This document shows positions 19,116 through 27,950 of a stretch of DNA of 64,000 nucleotides, in pieces; position 1 is the first letter of the stretch, and every line of letters begins with the position of its first letter. The stretch spans positions 2,351-66,350 of the forward strand of contig DAOVRL010000001.1 of the NCBI GenBank assembly GCA_030628155.1. Reading direction: 5' to 3'. The notes below the pieces were generated by a model, which saw nothing but the letters and a program-made list of their open reading frames with translations, did no database searches and was not told the DNA's origin. This DNA is from Sedimentisphaerales bacterium (GTDB taxonomy: Bacteria > Planctomycetota > Phycisphaerae > Sedimentisphaerales > Anaerobacaceae). The position numbers were made by a program, and so were the translations under genes.

Positions 19116-20183
19116 TTATTGTTTGCCTTGGAGAATTTCAGCCCAAGGAGCATTGTACGTTCCTGTTTCGATTAGATCGAGCATATATTGGGCTATCTTT
19201 TCACAATTAAAATCGGTATGCGCTTTTTGCATTCCGGCGATTGCGATTTTCTCCCGTTCCCGGTCATGCTTTAGATACCATTGGGCCAGCTCAAAGAACT
19301 CATCAGTGGTCTCAAAATACTTCACGTGCAGACCATCTTCAAAAAGCAAATCCGAATCAGGCACTTTTTTTGCCAACACAAATGTCCCGCAAGATACATA
19401 ATTGATAAATCTATCGGAATGGTAGAGTCTCACATTATTTGCTATGTTTATGCTCAAGCCGATTTTCGCCTCGCTGATTGCCCAGAAGGTTTCGATGCCC
19501 TCCACCCTCGGATTGCCGAAACATCCATACATCTTAGCGTTGGGCATTTTCGAAAGTCTGTGCAATAACTCGTATCTATCGACATCCGTGCCGGCACCAA
19601 GAGCAAGCCGGCGGTGCTCAGCCTTGCCCGTGAAGATAATGTCCGTCTTCCATTCTTCTTCTACATTGTATCTATGTTGTATGTCCGGGTCGCAGGCGTT
19701 GGGTATAAAGGCGCAGCGTGGAACGCCGGCATCCTTGTAGGTTTTGAGGAACTCTCCGGCGCTGGTGGTCGCAACGAGGTCGGTCTCCTTTGCTATCGCC
19801 AAACGGGCGGGATTTCTTTCGGGGAACGGGTCCTCATCTCTGCCCACAATAATCGCATTTGGCGCTGCGGTGCGTATAGTCCGGACGGTCTCGGCAGTGA
19901 TATATTTCATGCTGAGAAGGAGGACAATATGGGGATGGTAAGGTTTAATCTGCTCGGCGAGGATATTGTCTGCTCTTTTTCTCACAAAACGAGGTGCGAA
20001 CCGCCTGAAATGCTTGCCGGAGAAGGGATTGAATTGCGTCATTATGTTTCTGTAGCCGAAACGCTGAACATCATGCCCGAGCCGGAGCAGGCCCTTGATC
20101 CACATGCGGGCCTGAGCGCGAACAGAGCGAGGGAATTCGTCCTTAAAATCAGCTATCGCAAAAATCCGTTTCGCTCTTGCCAT
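19116..20183 (-). CDS. CgeB-like / Glyco_trans_1_2-type glycosyltransferase
   Basis: The C-terminal block GLSINIANNVRLYHSDRFINYVSCGTFVLAKKVPDSDLLFEDGLHVKYFETTDEFFELAQWYLKHDREREKIAIAG resembles PF13524-type domains. Confidence 0.65.
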   Translation of the reverse strand: MARAKRIFAIADFKDEFPRSVRAQARMWIKGLLRLGHDVQRFGYRNIMTQFNPFSGKHFRRFAPRFVRKRADNILAEQIKPYHPHIVLLLSMKYITAETVRTIRTAAPNAIIVGRDEDPFPERNPARLAIAKETDLVATTSAGEFLKTYKDAGVPRCAFIPNACDPDIQHRYNVEEEWKTDIIFTGKAEHRRLALGAGTDVDRYELLHRLSKMPNAKMYGCFGNPRVEGIETFWAISEAKIGLSINIANNVRLYHSDRFINYVSCGTFVLAKKVPDSDLLFEDGLHVKYFETTDEFFELAQWYLKHDREREKIAIAGMQKAHTDFNCEKIAQYMLDLIETGTYNAPWAEILQGKQ

Positions 20184-20237
20184 AATCCCTGAATCGACCT
20201 TATCAATATTTTGCTCATGTCTGAAAAAACACTGCTG

Positions 20238-21347
20238 CTAACCTGCATTTAAGAGTCCGGACCGGACCAGTAATTCGGTCACGCTCTTTTTTAATGTGAT
20301 TTCTTTTGTGACGAACTCATAACCAGCCCGACTGATTTCCGTCCACCGTCGCTCGTCCCGAAGATAGCTTAGTATCACCCCTGCCATCTCGCGAGGCTGA
20401 GCCTGTACAAAATGTACGCCGGCCTTAAAAGGCTCGGTGGACTGGGTGCCCACGGAAACAACCATGGCCCCGCAACTCATAGATATCAAGAACCTCTCTA
20501 TGGCAAAGTCCCATGGAACGCGAGGCAAGTCGATCGATATCTTGGTCCGGTTCAGCAACTCTGTTCTTTGGGCTCCATAACAGTCGTCGTCCGCTATCTT
20601 GAGTTTAACTCCTTGAGCCGAAAGTTCGGCGCGAAGATCGGTCAGCAGCATTTCCCGCGTTTTGCTGTTTAGTCTGCCGAGAAAAAGGACATCGATGTCC
20701 CGCTCAAGGCCGCGATATGCACCGAGGTTGCGATGATAGCCAAAGGGAATAAATTGTGCATCATAGCCCATCTCCACAATAAATCTGTGCTTAGCCTCAG
20801 TCGTCGTAAACAAATAGTCAATACAGCCATCCCTCATACATTTTTGTAGCCGATAACCCCGTACCATGACACGTACCCATTCCCGGGTATTACAGCCGAT
20901 GTAATCAGTATTGCCCTCTCGGGCGATTTCTTTTCGAAGCCTCCTGATACAATTCCATCTGCCAAGGCGAAGAACGTCTCTTCCAAAAGGAAAATGCTTG
21001 TGCACGATTTGCCCCCAACCCCCTGGCAGAAGTCGACGCCAATCCAGTTTCGCAAGCCTATCTCCGATTAACCTTGCTCTTGCCGATAATCCTGGCGGTG
21101 GCAAAGGATCAACCAACCACAAAATTGTCACCACTCTTTGTATCTGAGATTTATCCAGCCTTTCAAGCAGCTCAAGTCCGATCGAATCGGATGGCAGGAT
21201 AATAGCATCCAGATCATCGTCTCGTTGTTCCTTTTGTGTCCATGCGTCAAAGCCAAGCTCAAGGAGAACATCCCTTATCATTACACCCATTTTCAGTGGA
21301 CCTGTAACAACAAGTATCCTGACCTTCTTTGAGCCTTCGCCATTCAT
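20238..21347 (-). CDS. putative glycosyltransferase (second CgeB-like C-terminal domain)
   Basis: ISIDLPRVPWDFAIERFLISMSCGAMVVSVGTQSTEPFKAGVHFVQAQPREMAGVILSYLRDERRWTEISRAGYEF has the same architecture as the neighbouring gene. Confidence 0.55.
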   Translation of the reverse strand: MNGEGSKKVRILVVTGPLKMGVMIRDVLLELGFDAWTQKEQRDDDLDAIILPSDSIGLELLERLDKSQIQRVVTILWLVDPLPPPGLSARARLIGDRLAKLDWRRLLPGGWGQIVHKHFPFGRDVLRLGRWNCIRRLRKEIAREGNTDYIGCNTREWVRVMVRGYRLQKCMRDGCIDYLFTTTEAKHRFIVEMGYDAQFIPFGYHRNLGAYRGLERDIDVLFLGRLNSKTREMLLTDLRAELSAQGVKLKIADDDCYGAQRTELLNRTKISIDLPRVPWDFAIERFLISMSCGAMVVSVGTQSTEPFKAGVHFVQAQPREMAGVILSYLRDERRWTEISRAGYEFVTKEITLKKSVTELLVRSGLLNAG

Positions 21348-21351
21348 ATTT

Positions 21352-22029
21352 TTACCCGTATTCCCGCTCGTAAACGTGCCTCCTAACTGAGTGTGTTCTG
21401 ATAATGTCGTCTCTTACTTGGAAAGTCCAACCGGGCTGAATGCCCAGAATAAAGCGTTCTAATGCTTCCAAAGCAGGGTAGTCGTTCTGGCCGGTGAAAC
21501 AACGCGCATCGTCAATAAGTATAGCGTGGTCGGCGGCCTTTCTATGACTCAATATACATTCCAATTCCTGGATTATGGGTGTTTCAAGATCAGCTTTTGC
21601 AGTTGAACCGCCTGACCAATGAGCGTCAAGCCAGAATAGACAGGGCTCGCTGATGTTCATCAAGACTTCCGGCAGGACTTCGCCACTTTCGCCTTGAATA
21701 ATGTGAATATTGGGATACCCGGCAAACCTTCTCTGAGCGTTCCGACAATGGGTTTCATCAAGTTCAATAGAGTAAATCTCCCTTATGTGAGGCATAACCG
21801 CATAAACCATCTTCCCTTTATAGGTGCCGGTCTCAATGAATATCTCGGGCAAAAACTTCTCAATATATTCTATGACGACCCGCTGCTTGCCTAAGTTAGG
21901 CATGGGTAGTTGTGAGCCGCCTTTTTCCCACCGCCGCAACTTTTTCTTAAGCTGTCTTTTTCTTTGGAATCTACCGAGAATTCCAAGCGGAGTTGAACGC
22001 TCTATAAAATATTTCAAAGGTTCCTTCAT
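21352..22029 (-). CDS. putative class I SAM-dependent methyltransferase
   Basis: FIETGTYKGKMVYAV ... IYSIELDE ... NIHIIQGESGEVLPEVL ... LFWLDAHW fits a Rossmann methyltransferase layout of the kind seen in O-antigen clusters. Confidence 0.55.
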   Translation of the reverse strand: MKEPLKYFIERSTPLGILGRFQRKRQLKKKLRRWEKGGSQLPMPNLGKQRVVIEYIEKFLPEIFIETGTYKGKMVYAVMPHIREIYSIELDETHCRNAQRRFAGYPNIHIIQGESGEVLPEVLMNISEPCLFWLDAHWSGGSTAKADLETPIIQELECILSHRKAADHAILIDDARCFTGQNDYPALEALERFILGIQPGWTFQVRDDIIRTHSVRRHVYEREYG

Positions 22030-22034
22030 TATCC

Positions 22035-22211
22035 CTACTCTGGAAACTTTGTTATAACGTTCGCCTGTTCTTCTCCAAAGGGCTCCACCCTACACAGGAT
22101 GCGTGTTTGAAACAGTTCTACTGGGAAGTGTTTATAAAGGCTCTGAAGGTAGGCGGCAACCTCCAAAGCGGCCTTTTTAGCGGATAGAACGTTGCTTATC
22201 AGTTCTTGCAT
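22035..22211 (-). pseudogene. 58-aa fragment paralogous to the N-terminus of the 24335..25264 protein
   Basis: MQELISNVLSAKKAALEVAAYLQSLYKHFPVELFQTRILCRVEPFGEEQANVITKFPE aligns without gaps to MNKMISNIVFTKNRPLQLHAYLESLYRSFPSELIQTYLIYKVELFDAEYEQLCRKFSN, with 24 identities in 58 by hand count. Confidence 0.45.
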
Positions 22212-22231
22212 GGTATACTCACGACTTGGGA

Positions 22232-23110
22232 CTAAACAATATCTCCATAGATTTTCCTTCGGTGTTTCCGATGTAATTTTGTAATGCAATAATAATTAAA
22301 GCGTTCTATCATTTTTTTTCTGATGGTGTTGTCCTCAACTTTAATTGCATCCAGTAGCTTGGCAAGCCAATCATCAATAAGCTGTTTTGTTAGTAAATAT
22401 GGTGTCCACTTCACAAAACTAGCGGCCTCAAATATTAGTATTTCGGAACTGCGATTATTATGAAACTTTGCGTTCTCAAAATCCAAAACAAAAGCGTCTG
22501 GATTTGAGCCCTTGTCACCGAGCATAACAGCGTGCAAATTAATCTCTATATTATTACACTTTGCATTGTAAAGGTCAACGAAGACAGGAATGGTACGGCT
22601 AAGTATCTCGGCACATTTTTGTTCGTCGCCTCTATTCAATTTCAACAGCTCATCAACTGAGATATAACCACTCAAATCCTCAAGAATTACTACGGTCATC
22701 TTTGTCAGCCGAAAAGAATCATATATACTACTATAACCGTAAACTTTCGGGACGTTTAATCCTCGACTGGCGGCAATAATTAAGTTCGCCGCCTCACTAA
22801 ATCCAAGTGTACAGGTTTTCATTAGAAGATATTTCAATCTGTGCTTAAAACGAAACACAGGACACACTTTCACAACAAAAGAGTCTTCGTTGAATTGTGA
22901 GGGTTTGACTCGAAAAACGACTCGGTCGCCTTTTGCCCCTTTAAGGAGTTGAAAATTATCCGGCAGAGATGATTCTTTAGATTTGTTCATCACAGACAGA
23001 ACAGATTGAGCCACAGGAAGCAGATTTTCGTTTCTGAGCAAAAAGGTAGCCGCCTTAGAATGACGGTATCTGAATTTCAGCACATCTTTCAATAGTCTCG
23101 ATTTATTCAA
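22232..23110 (-). CDS. hypothetical protein, possibly a protein-kinase-like fold (LPS kinase-like)
   Basis: VVKVCPVFRFKHRLKYLL ... VVILEDLSG ... NLHAVMLGDKGSNPDAFVLDFENAKF loosely matches the Kdo/WaaP kinase layout. The gene is very AT-rich and has a TTG start. Confidence 0.5.
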   Translation of the reverse strand: MNKSRLLKDVLKFRYRHSKAATFLLRNENLLPVAQSVLSVMNKSKESSLPDNFQLLKGAKGDRVVFRVKPSQFNEDSFVVKVCPVFRFKHRLKYLLMKTCTLGFSEAANLIIAASRGLNVPKVYGYSSIYDSFRLTKMTVVILEDLSGYISVDELLKLNRGDEQKCAEILSRTIPVFVDLYNAKCNNIEINLHAVMLGDKGSNPDAFVLDFENAKFHNNRSSEILIFEAASFVKWTPYLLTKQLIDDWLAKLLDAIKVEDNTIRKKMIERFNYYCITKLHRKHRRKIYGDIV

Positions 23111-23298
23111 GGCAGGCCTGTAATCCTATCATAATTCCGTATTTGCGAAATATCCACCACGAGTAGCAGAATATCATAACCCAAATGAACAAAATCCTTT
23201 GGCCAAGTTGGGCATTTAATCCACGAATATGTTTGAACTCTCATATACAATGTCGCTACCTGTAAAAGGAGTGGCTTTGGTTTTTTGCATAGCCGCAG

Positions 23299-24405
23299 CT
23301 ACTGAGAAACTATGGGTTTTACACTAACGCTTATTTCTCTCGACAAGGGCCCCGGCATTTTCCAGTTAGGCTTTGGATCGTTTTTTTTACTGAGCAGAGA
23401 GAACTTTAGTAAATCAAAATAAAGACGAATATCAAAAGGGTAATAACAAATGGCACGTTTAATAAAAACTATCGCAGCGGTTCTATTGAGTGATTGAGCA
23501 ACAGCTTTGGCTGCCCTTCGATACTTATGACTAATCGATCTCTTTGCAACTATAGAAGGAACGAATTTGTCACCCCCTAACCGATAATAGAATCTTTCAA
23601 ATGACAAAATGCCGTTACACTGATCATCCACGGAAAGATCTTTCGATATACTTCCAGGTATTTCTCTTCGAAAAACATGTGCATCTGAAACAAATAAAAA
23701 TGGGGTCTTTACGGAAAGCCTCATAAAAGCATCGTTGTCTTCTCCTGTTCGCAAAGCCTCATCAAAGAAAAAACCTTGCAGGACATCTTTTCTGAATAGA
23801 GTAGCTGAAGGCATAATGCATGGTCCTGCTCTAAAGAAAGACTTTGTTAGCCATCCAGACTTATAACGTTCATCTCTTGCAAACGGCTTTGTTTTCCCAT
23901 CGTCAGACATTAACATGACACGAGCATAAGCAGCACCAAATTCGATTTGTCCCTGCAGACGGTCCATCATGACCTCTAAATAATTAGCTGGCCACAGATC
24001 GTCATGGTCTAAAAAAGCAATATATTGGCCCCCTGCTTTCACCAATCCAAAATTGCGTGCGCTGCAATGTCCCCCATTATCCTTGTAGAAGTATTTTACC
24101 CTGGAATCTGATATCTGCTCAACAAGCGAGCGGGTGTTGTCAGTAGAGCCATCATCAACAACTATGGCTTCAAAGTCCGTACGGCTTTGGCGCAAAACAC
24201 TTTCAATCGCCTCTTTAACCAGGTTACTGCGATTATAGGTAGGAATTATCACACTGACTCTTGGCACAGAAATTCCTGCAAAACACAACAGCGTTAATAT
24301 TGCGCTATTCAGCCACCCTTGACATATTATCTTACTAAGGATTCTTTGCAAGTCTGAAGAATTCTGATCCCGAGTGGGTTGACGTCGGCTTGTCTTGATA
24401 AACAA
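23299..24405 (-). CDS. glycosyltransferase family 2
   Basis: VSVIIPTYNRSNLVKEAIESVLRQSRTDFEAIVVDDGSTDNT plus the DHDD region (AFLDHDDLW). The N-terminal extent is uncertain: it overlaps the upstream gene by 71 nt, and in-frame GTGs lie just before VSVIIP. Confidence 0.85.
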   Translation of the reverse strand: MFIKTSRRQPTRDQNSSDLQRILSKIICQGWLNSAILTLLCFAGISVPRVSVIIPTYNRSNLVKEAIESVLRQSRTDFEAIVVDDGSTDNTRSLVEQISDSRVKYFYKDNGGHCSARNFGLVKAGGQYIAFLDHDDLWPANYLEVMMDRLQGQIEFGAAYARVMLMSDDGKTKPFARDERYKSGWLTKSFFRAGPCIMPSATLFRKDVLQGFFFDEALRTGEDNDAFMRLSVKTPFLFVSDAHVFRREIPGSISKDLSVDDQCNGILSFERFYYRLGGDKFVPSIVAKRSISHKYRRAAKAVAQSLNRTAAIVFIKRAICYYPFDIRLYFDLLKFSLLSKKNDPKPNWKMPGPLSREISVSVKPIVSQ

Positions 24406-25264
24406 AGTCGATATCGAGCCGGTAGCCTTTTTTGTACTTTTCGTTTAACACTTCAACCGTATGCTCAGTAGTGCCTTCGGCAATATTGCTTGTTGAGGTA
24501 TTGACCATATTTACCTGTACCGCGCTGGCACATAGCCTTTGGAAATAGAGGAAGCGGGGTAGTCGGTCTTTGTGGTTTTGACACCAGCGGCAGTTCCAGG
24601 ATTCGAGGGTGTTAGGGCTGAAGAAATAGCCGAAGGACTTGAGGGTCGTTCGCGTTGAGGCCACTTTTCCCAGGGCCTTCATTAAAACAGAACGCGGAGA
24701 GAACAGCTTTTTGGCCAACGGGTTACTGTTCATAGTGCCGTTGATTATCTTCTTGACGAGCGCGGTTGTATAAATCGTAGCGCAAAGCTCAAACGGATAT
24801 CGCGAATCAGGCGTCTGCCCGTCCTTCCAGCTCAAGCGGTGGACCTTCTGCCCGGCGATACTCAGGTCGGTTATGACATCGCCACCGGCCTTTAGAAACT
24901 CAAGGCCGAACCTCATTGCAAATCCGAAGATGTCTTCGCTGTGTTCGTCGAACGTCTTATCTATCACGTCAATATCCACGGAGTCAAAAAATACAACATC
25001 GTCGATGCCAAACAAGATGTATTTTGTTTCGACCAGGCCCAGAACCCGGAGGAAGTCACTATGGAAATCCGTCTCTCTTATTACTATGCAATTGGAGAAC
25101 TTTCGGCAGAGCTGCTCATATTCGGCGTCAAAGAGCTCAACTTTATAAATGAGGTACGTTTGAATAAGCTCAGAGGGGAAGGACCTGTACAGGCTCTCGA
25201 GATATGCGTGCAACTGCAAAGGGCGATTTTTGGTGAACACGATGTTGCTTATCATCTTATTCAT
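24335..25264 (-). CDS. hypothetical protein of the polysaccharide cluster (possible GT-A-like transferase)
   Basis: 309-aa ORF. The N-terminus IVFTKNRPLQLHAYLESL resembles uncharacterised O-antigen-cluster proteins. No catalytic motif was recognised with confidence. Confidence 0.5.
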   Translation of the reverse strand: MNKMISNIVFTKNRPLQLHAYLESLYRSFPSELIQTYLIYKVELFDAEYEQLCRKFSNCIVIRETDFHSDFLRVLGLVETKYILFGIDDVVFFDSVDIDVIDKTFDEHSEDIFGFAMRFGLEFLKAGGDVITDLSIAGQKVHRLSWKDGQTPDSRYPFELCATIYTTALVKKIINGTMNSNPLAKKLFSPRSVLMKALGKVASTRTTLKSFGYFFSPNTLESWNCRWCQNHKDRLPRFLYFQRLCASAVQVNMVNTSTSNIAEGTTEHTVEVLNEKYKKGYRLDIDFVYQDKPTSTHSGSEFFRLAKNP

Positions 25265-25333
25265 ATCTGAAAGGCATCCGTGGTAGGGCTTATGCTTTTT
25301 CTGGGCCGCGCCCCAATAGTATGTGAGCCGTGC

Positions 25334-25492
25334 TTAGAAGATGGTGTAGAGCCAGGGAGAGAGCGCGGAGCCTTCGGCAAAGACTATGAGTGCTCCAAGC
25401 ACCAACAAGGAGACAATTATCGGTATCAGCCACCACTTCTTGCGGACCTTCAGGAACTGCCAGAATTCCAATATTATTGACAATTTGCTCAC
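25334..25492 (-). CDS. DUF5989 / SxtK-like small membrane protein (52 aa), absent from the ORF track
   Basis: Hand translation base by base: GTG-SKLSIILEFWQFLKVRKKWWLIPIIVSLLVLGALIVFAEGSALSPWLYTIF-TAA. The EFW.FLK.RKK.WL.PII ... GSAL.P.(I/L)YT(I/L)F pattern is the DUF5989 signature as I remember it. Confidence 0.8.
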   Translation of the reverse strand: MSKLSIILEFWQFLKVRKKWWLIPIIVSLLVLGALIVFAEGSALSPWLYTIF

Positions 25493-25564
25493 TGTTATTT
25501 CCAAAAACTTTCTGTACGCTCTTGAGGCAAGTATATATCAGGCACCTGGCGGGGTCAAGGCCCA

Positions 25565-25984
25565 TCAGAATTGTTTGGTATAATCGGGCTTCTGAGAATC
25601 GTCGGTGGGCCTGGGGAGCCAGTAAGTTTCGGATGAATTGCTGTCGAATTTGATATTGAGCAAGTCTTTGCGCAGCAGGCGGAGCAGCAGGGCCGTGGGT
25701 GTCAAGACGAGAAAGAATAGGATGATCAGGATCAATCGGGTCATAAACCAGCCCATTATGATCGCTAACGTCATCCAGCATTTATGAATGGGCTTGAGCA
25801 CGACCGGTGCGAGCAGACCCAAAAGGACAAACAAGGCCGAGGCCGCGAAGAAATACCAGTAGAAATCTTTTTGGCGCCATAGAAGAAACGCCCCGATGAG
25901 CGCTAATGGGACGGCCATCGCCCATGCGAACTTCCTTAGCTCGCGGACGCTGCTTTTGATATTTCTGATTTCTTCGATTATCAT
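25565..25984 (-). CDS. SxtJ-family membrane protein
   Basis: ELRKFAWAMAVPLALIGAFLLW, a second TM segment, then KPIHKCWMTLAIIMGWFMTRLILIILFFLVLTP..LLLRLLRKDLLNIKFD..SETYW. It sits directly downstream of the carbamoyltransferase. Confidence 0.8.
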   Translation of the reverse strand: MIIEEIRNIKSSVRELRKFAWAMAVPLALIGAFLLWRQKDFYWYFFAASALFVLLGLLAPVVLKPIHKCWMTLAIIMGWFMTRLILIILFFLVLTPTALLLRLLRKDLLNIKFDSNSSETYWLPRPTDDSQKPDYTKQF

Positions 25985-25993
25985 CGGGCCTTG

Positions 25994-27811
25994 TTAGTCC
26001 AAATCGAATTGGCTGCGCCAATCGATGTCATGTTCCAGGGGCTTCTGGTCATTCTTATCGAGGAGAAAGCTGCCCATAATCAGGTAATCCATATTTGTTC
26101 TCATAAAGCATTTGTAGGCGTCGTCGGGTGTGCAAACGATAGGCTCGCCGCGGACGTTAAACGACGTGTTTATAATCACAGGGCAGCCGTACTTCTCGTC
26201 AAACTTCGACAACATTTTGTGATACAGAGGGTTCGTTTGGCGATTTACAGTCTGGACACGGGCGGAGTAATCGACGTGGGTAACCGCGGGAATATCGGAA
26301 CGGACGACGTGAAGCTTGTCCAGGCCAAAGAGTTTCTGCTCCTGGTCGCTCATCTGCCGGCGGATTCGGCTCTTCACCGGCGCCACGAGCAGCATATAGG
26401 GGCTTTCGGTCTCGATCTCGAAGAATTCGGAGGCCTTTTCCTGCAATACGGACGGCGCAAACGGGCGGAAGCTCTCCCTGAATTTTATCTTGAGGTTCAT
26501 CAGCTCCTGCATTTCGGGCGAGCGTGCATCGCCGATAATAGAGCGTGACCCTAAGGCCCTGGGTCCAAATTCCATCGGCCCCTCGAACCAGCCGACAACT
26601 TTCTGCTCTGCGATCAGGTCGGCAATTTTTTCGGGAATTTCCTCCGCGCTCAGCCTGGTATAGGGTATGTCACTGCTTTTGAGGTAATCGAGAATATCAT
26701 TATCCTTGAAGTCCGGTCCGAGGTATGAGCCTCGCTGGAAGTCTGTTTCGTTGTCGGCGAGTCTCTTATTTTCAAGATACTGATACCATGTGAATAATGC
26801 AGCCCCGAGCGCCCCGCCGGCATCGCCCGCGGCGGGCTGAATCCAGATATTCTCGAAAGGTCCCTCGCGCAGGATTCTGCCGTTGCCGACGCAATTCAAG
26901 GCGACGCCGCCGGCAAGGCAGAGGTTTTTCAGGCCGGTAACTTTGTGAATGTGCCGGGTCATACACAGCATGACTTCTTCGGTTACATCCTGCACGGAGC
27001 GGGCCAGGTCCATATCGCGCTGTCTCAGCAGGGATTCGCGCTTTCGGGGAGGACCACCGAAGAGTTTATGGAACTTTCTGTTGGTCATAGTAAGACCGGC
27101 GCAATAATCGAAGTATTTCATATTGAGTTTGAATGAGCCGTCTTCCTTAACGTCTATCAGCTCATTCAGAATCAGGTCCTTGTATTTGGGCCGGCCGTAA
27201 GGGGCCAATCCCATGACCTTGTATTCGCCGAAATTGACCCTGAATCCTGTGTAATATGTAAAGGCCGAGTAGAGCAGGCCGAGGGAGTGCGGAAAGTGAA
27301 TCTCGGCGAGAATAGCGATATTGTTGTCTTTACCGGTTCCGTAGCTGGCGGTGGTCCACTCGCCGACACCGTCTATCGTTAGAAAAGCGGCCTGTTCAAA
27401 CGGCGAGGGGAAGAAGGCCGAGGCGGCGTGCGATTCGTGATGCTCCGGAAATATGATCCGGCCGGTAAAGCCAAGCTCTTTGGAAATCAGATCTTTCATC
27501 CAGAGTTTCTGCTTTATCCAGAGGGGGATGGCCTTTATGAACGACCTGATTCCGAGCGGGGCAAAGGCAAGATACGTCTCGAGGATACGCTCGAATTTGA
27601 TGAACGGCTTGTCGTAGAAAGCAACGTAGTCCAAATCGCCGGCCTGCAAGCCGGCGCTTCGCAGACAATAATTGACGGCGTTTTTGGGGAAGGAGAAATC
27701 GTGCTTTTTTCGCGTGAACCGCTCTTCCTGGGCGGCGCTGAGTATATTGCCGTCCCGGACCAAACAGGCAGCACTATCGTGATAAAATGCAGAAATACCC
27801 AATATATCCAT
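25994..27811 (-). CDS. carbamoyltransferase (NodU/CmcH/SxtI family)
   Basis: MDILGISAFYHDSAACLVRDGNILSAAQEERFTRKKHDFSFP plus the C-terminal TSFN(V/E)RGEPIVCTP block. Confidence 0.95.
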   Translation of the reverse strand: MDILGISAFYHDSAACLVRDGNILSAAQEERFTRKKHDFSFPKNAVNYCLRSAGLQAGDLDYVAFYDKPFIKFERILETYLAFAPLGIRSFIKAIPLWIKQKLWMKDLISKELGFTGRIIFPEHHESHAASAFFPSPFEQAAFLTIDGVGEWTTASYGTGKDNNIAILAEIHFPHSLGLLYSAFTYYTGFRVNFGEYKVMGLAPYGRPKYKDLILNELIDVKEDGSFKLNMKYFDYCAGLTMTNRKFHKLFGGPPRKRESLLRQRDMDLARSVQDVTEEVMLCMTRHIHKVTGLKNLCLAGGVALNCVGNGRILREGPFENIWIQPAAGDAGGALGAALFTWYQYLENKRLADNETDFQRGSYLGPDFKDNDILDYLKSSDIPYTRLSAEEIPEKIADLIAEQKVVGWFEGPMEFGPRALGSRSIIGDARSPEMQELMNLKIKFRESFRPFAPSVLQEKASEFFEIETESPYMLLVAPVKSRIRRQMSDQEQKLFGLDKLHVVRSDIPAVTHVDYSARVQTVNRQTNPLYHKMLSKFDEKYGCPVIINTSFNVRGEPIVCTPDDAYKCFMRTNMDYLIMGSFLLDKNDQKPLEHDIDWRSQFDLD

Positions 27812-27950
27812 ATACGGCTTTCCGACCGAAACAGACCTTCGGAGTTTGGGCGCACTGATGAGGCCACCCGGCTAAAGTATATGCGATGCCATATCGCGCA
27901 TCAAGCCAAAGTTGAATGGGATATCCTACACTATTTCATAAATAGCGCGA

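Noticed and set aside
25290-25781. A 163-aa ORF spanning the SxtJ/SxtK-like region.
   Set aside because: It is in the wrong frame. It overlaps two genes that have recognisable family signatures, and it has no motif of its own.
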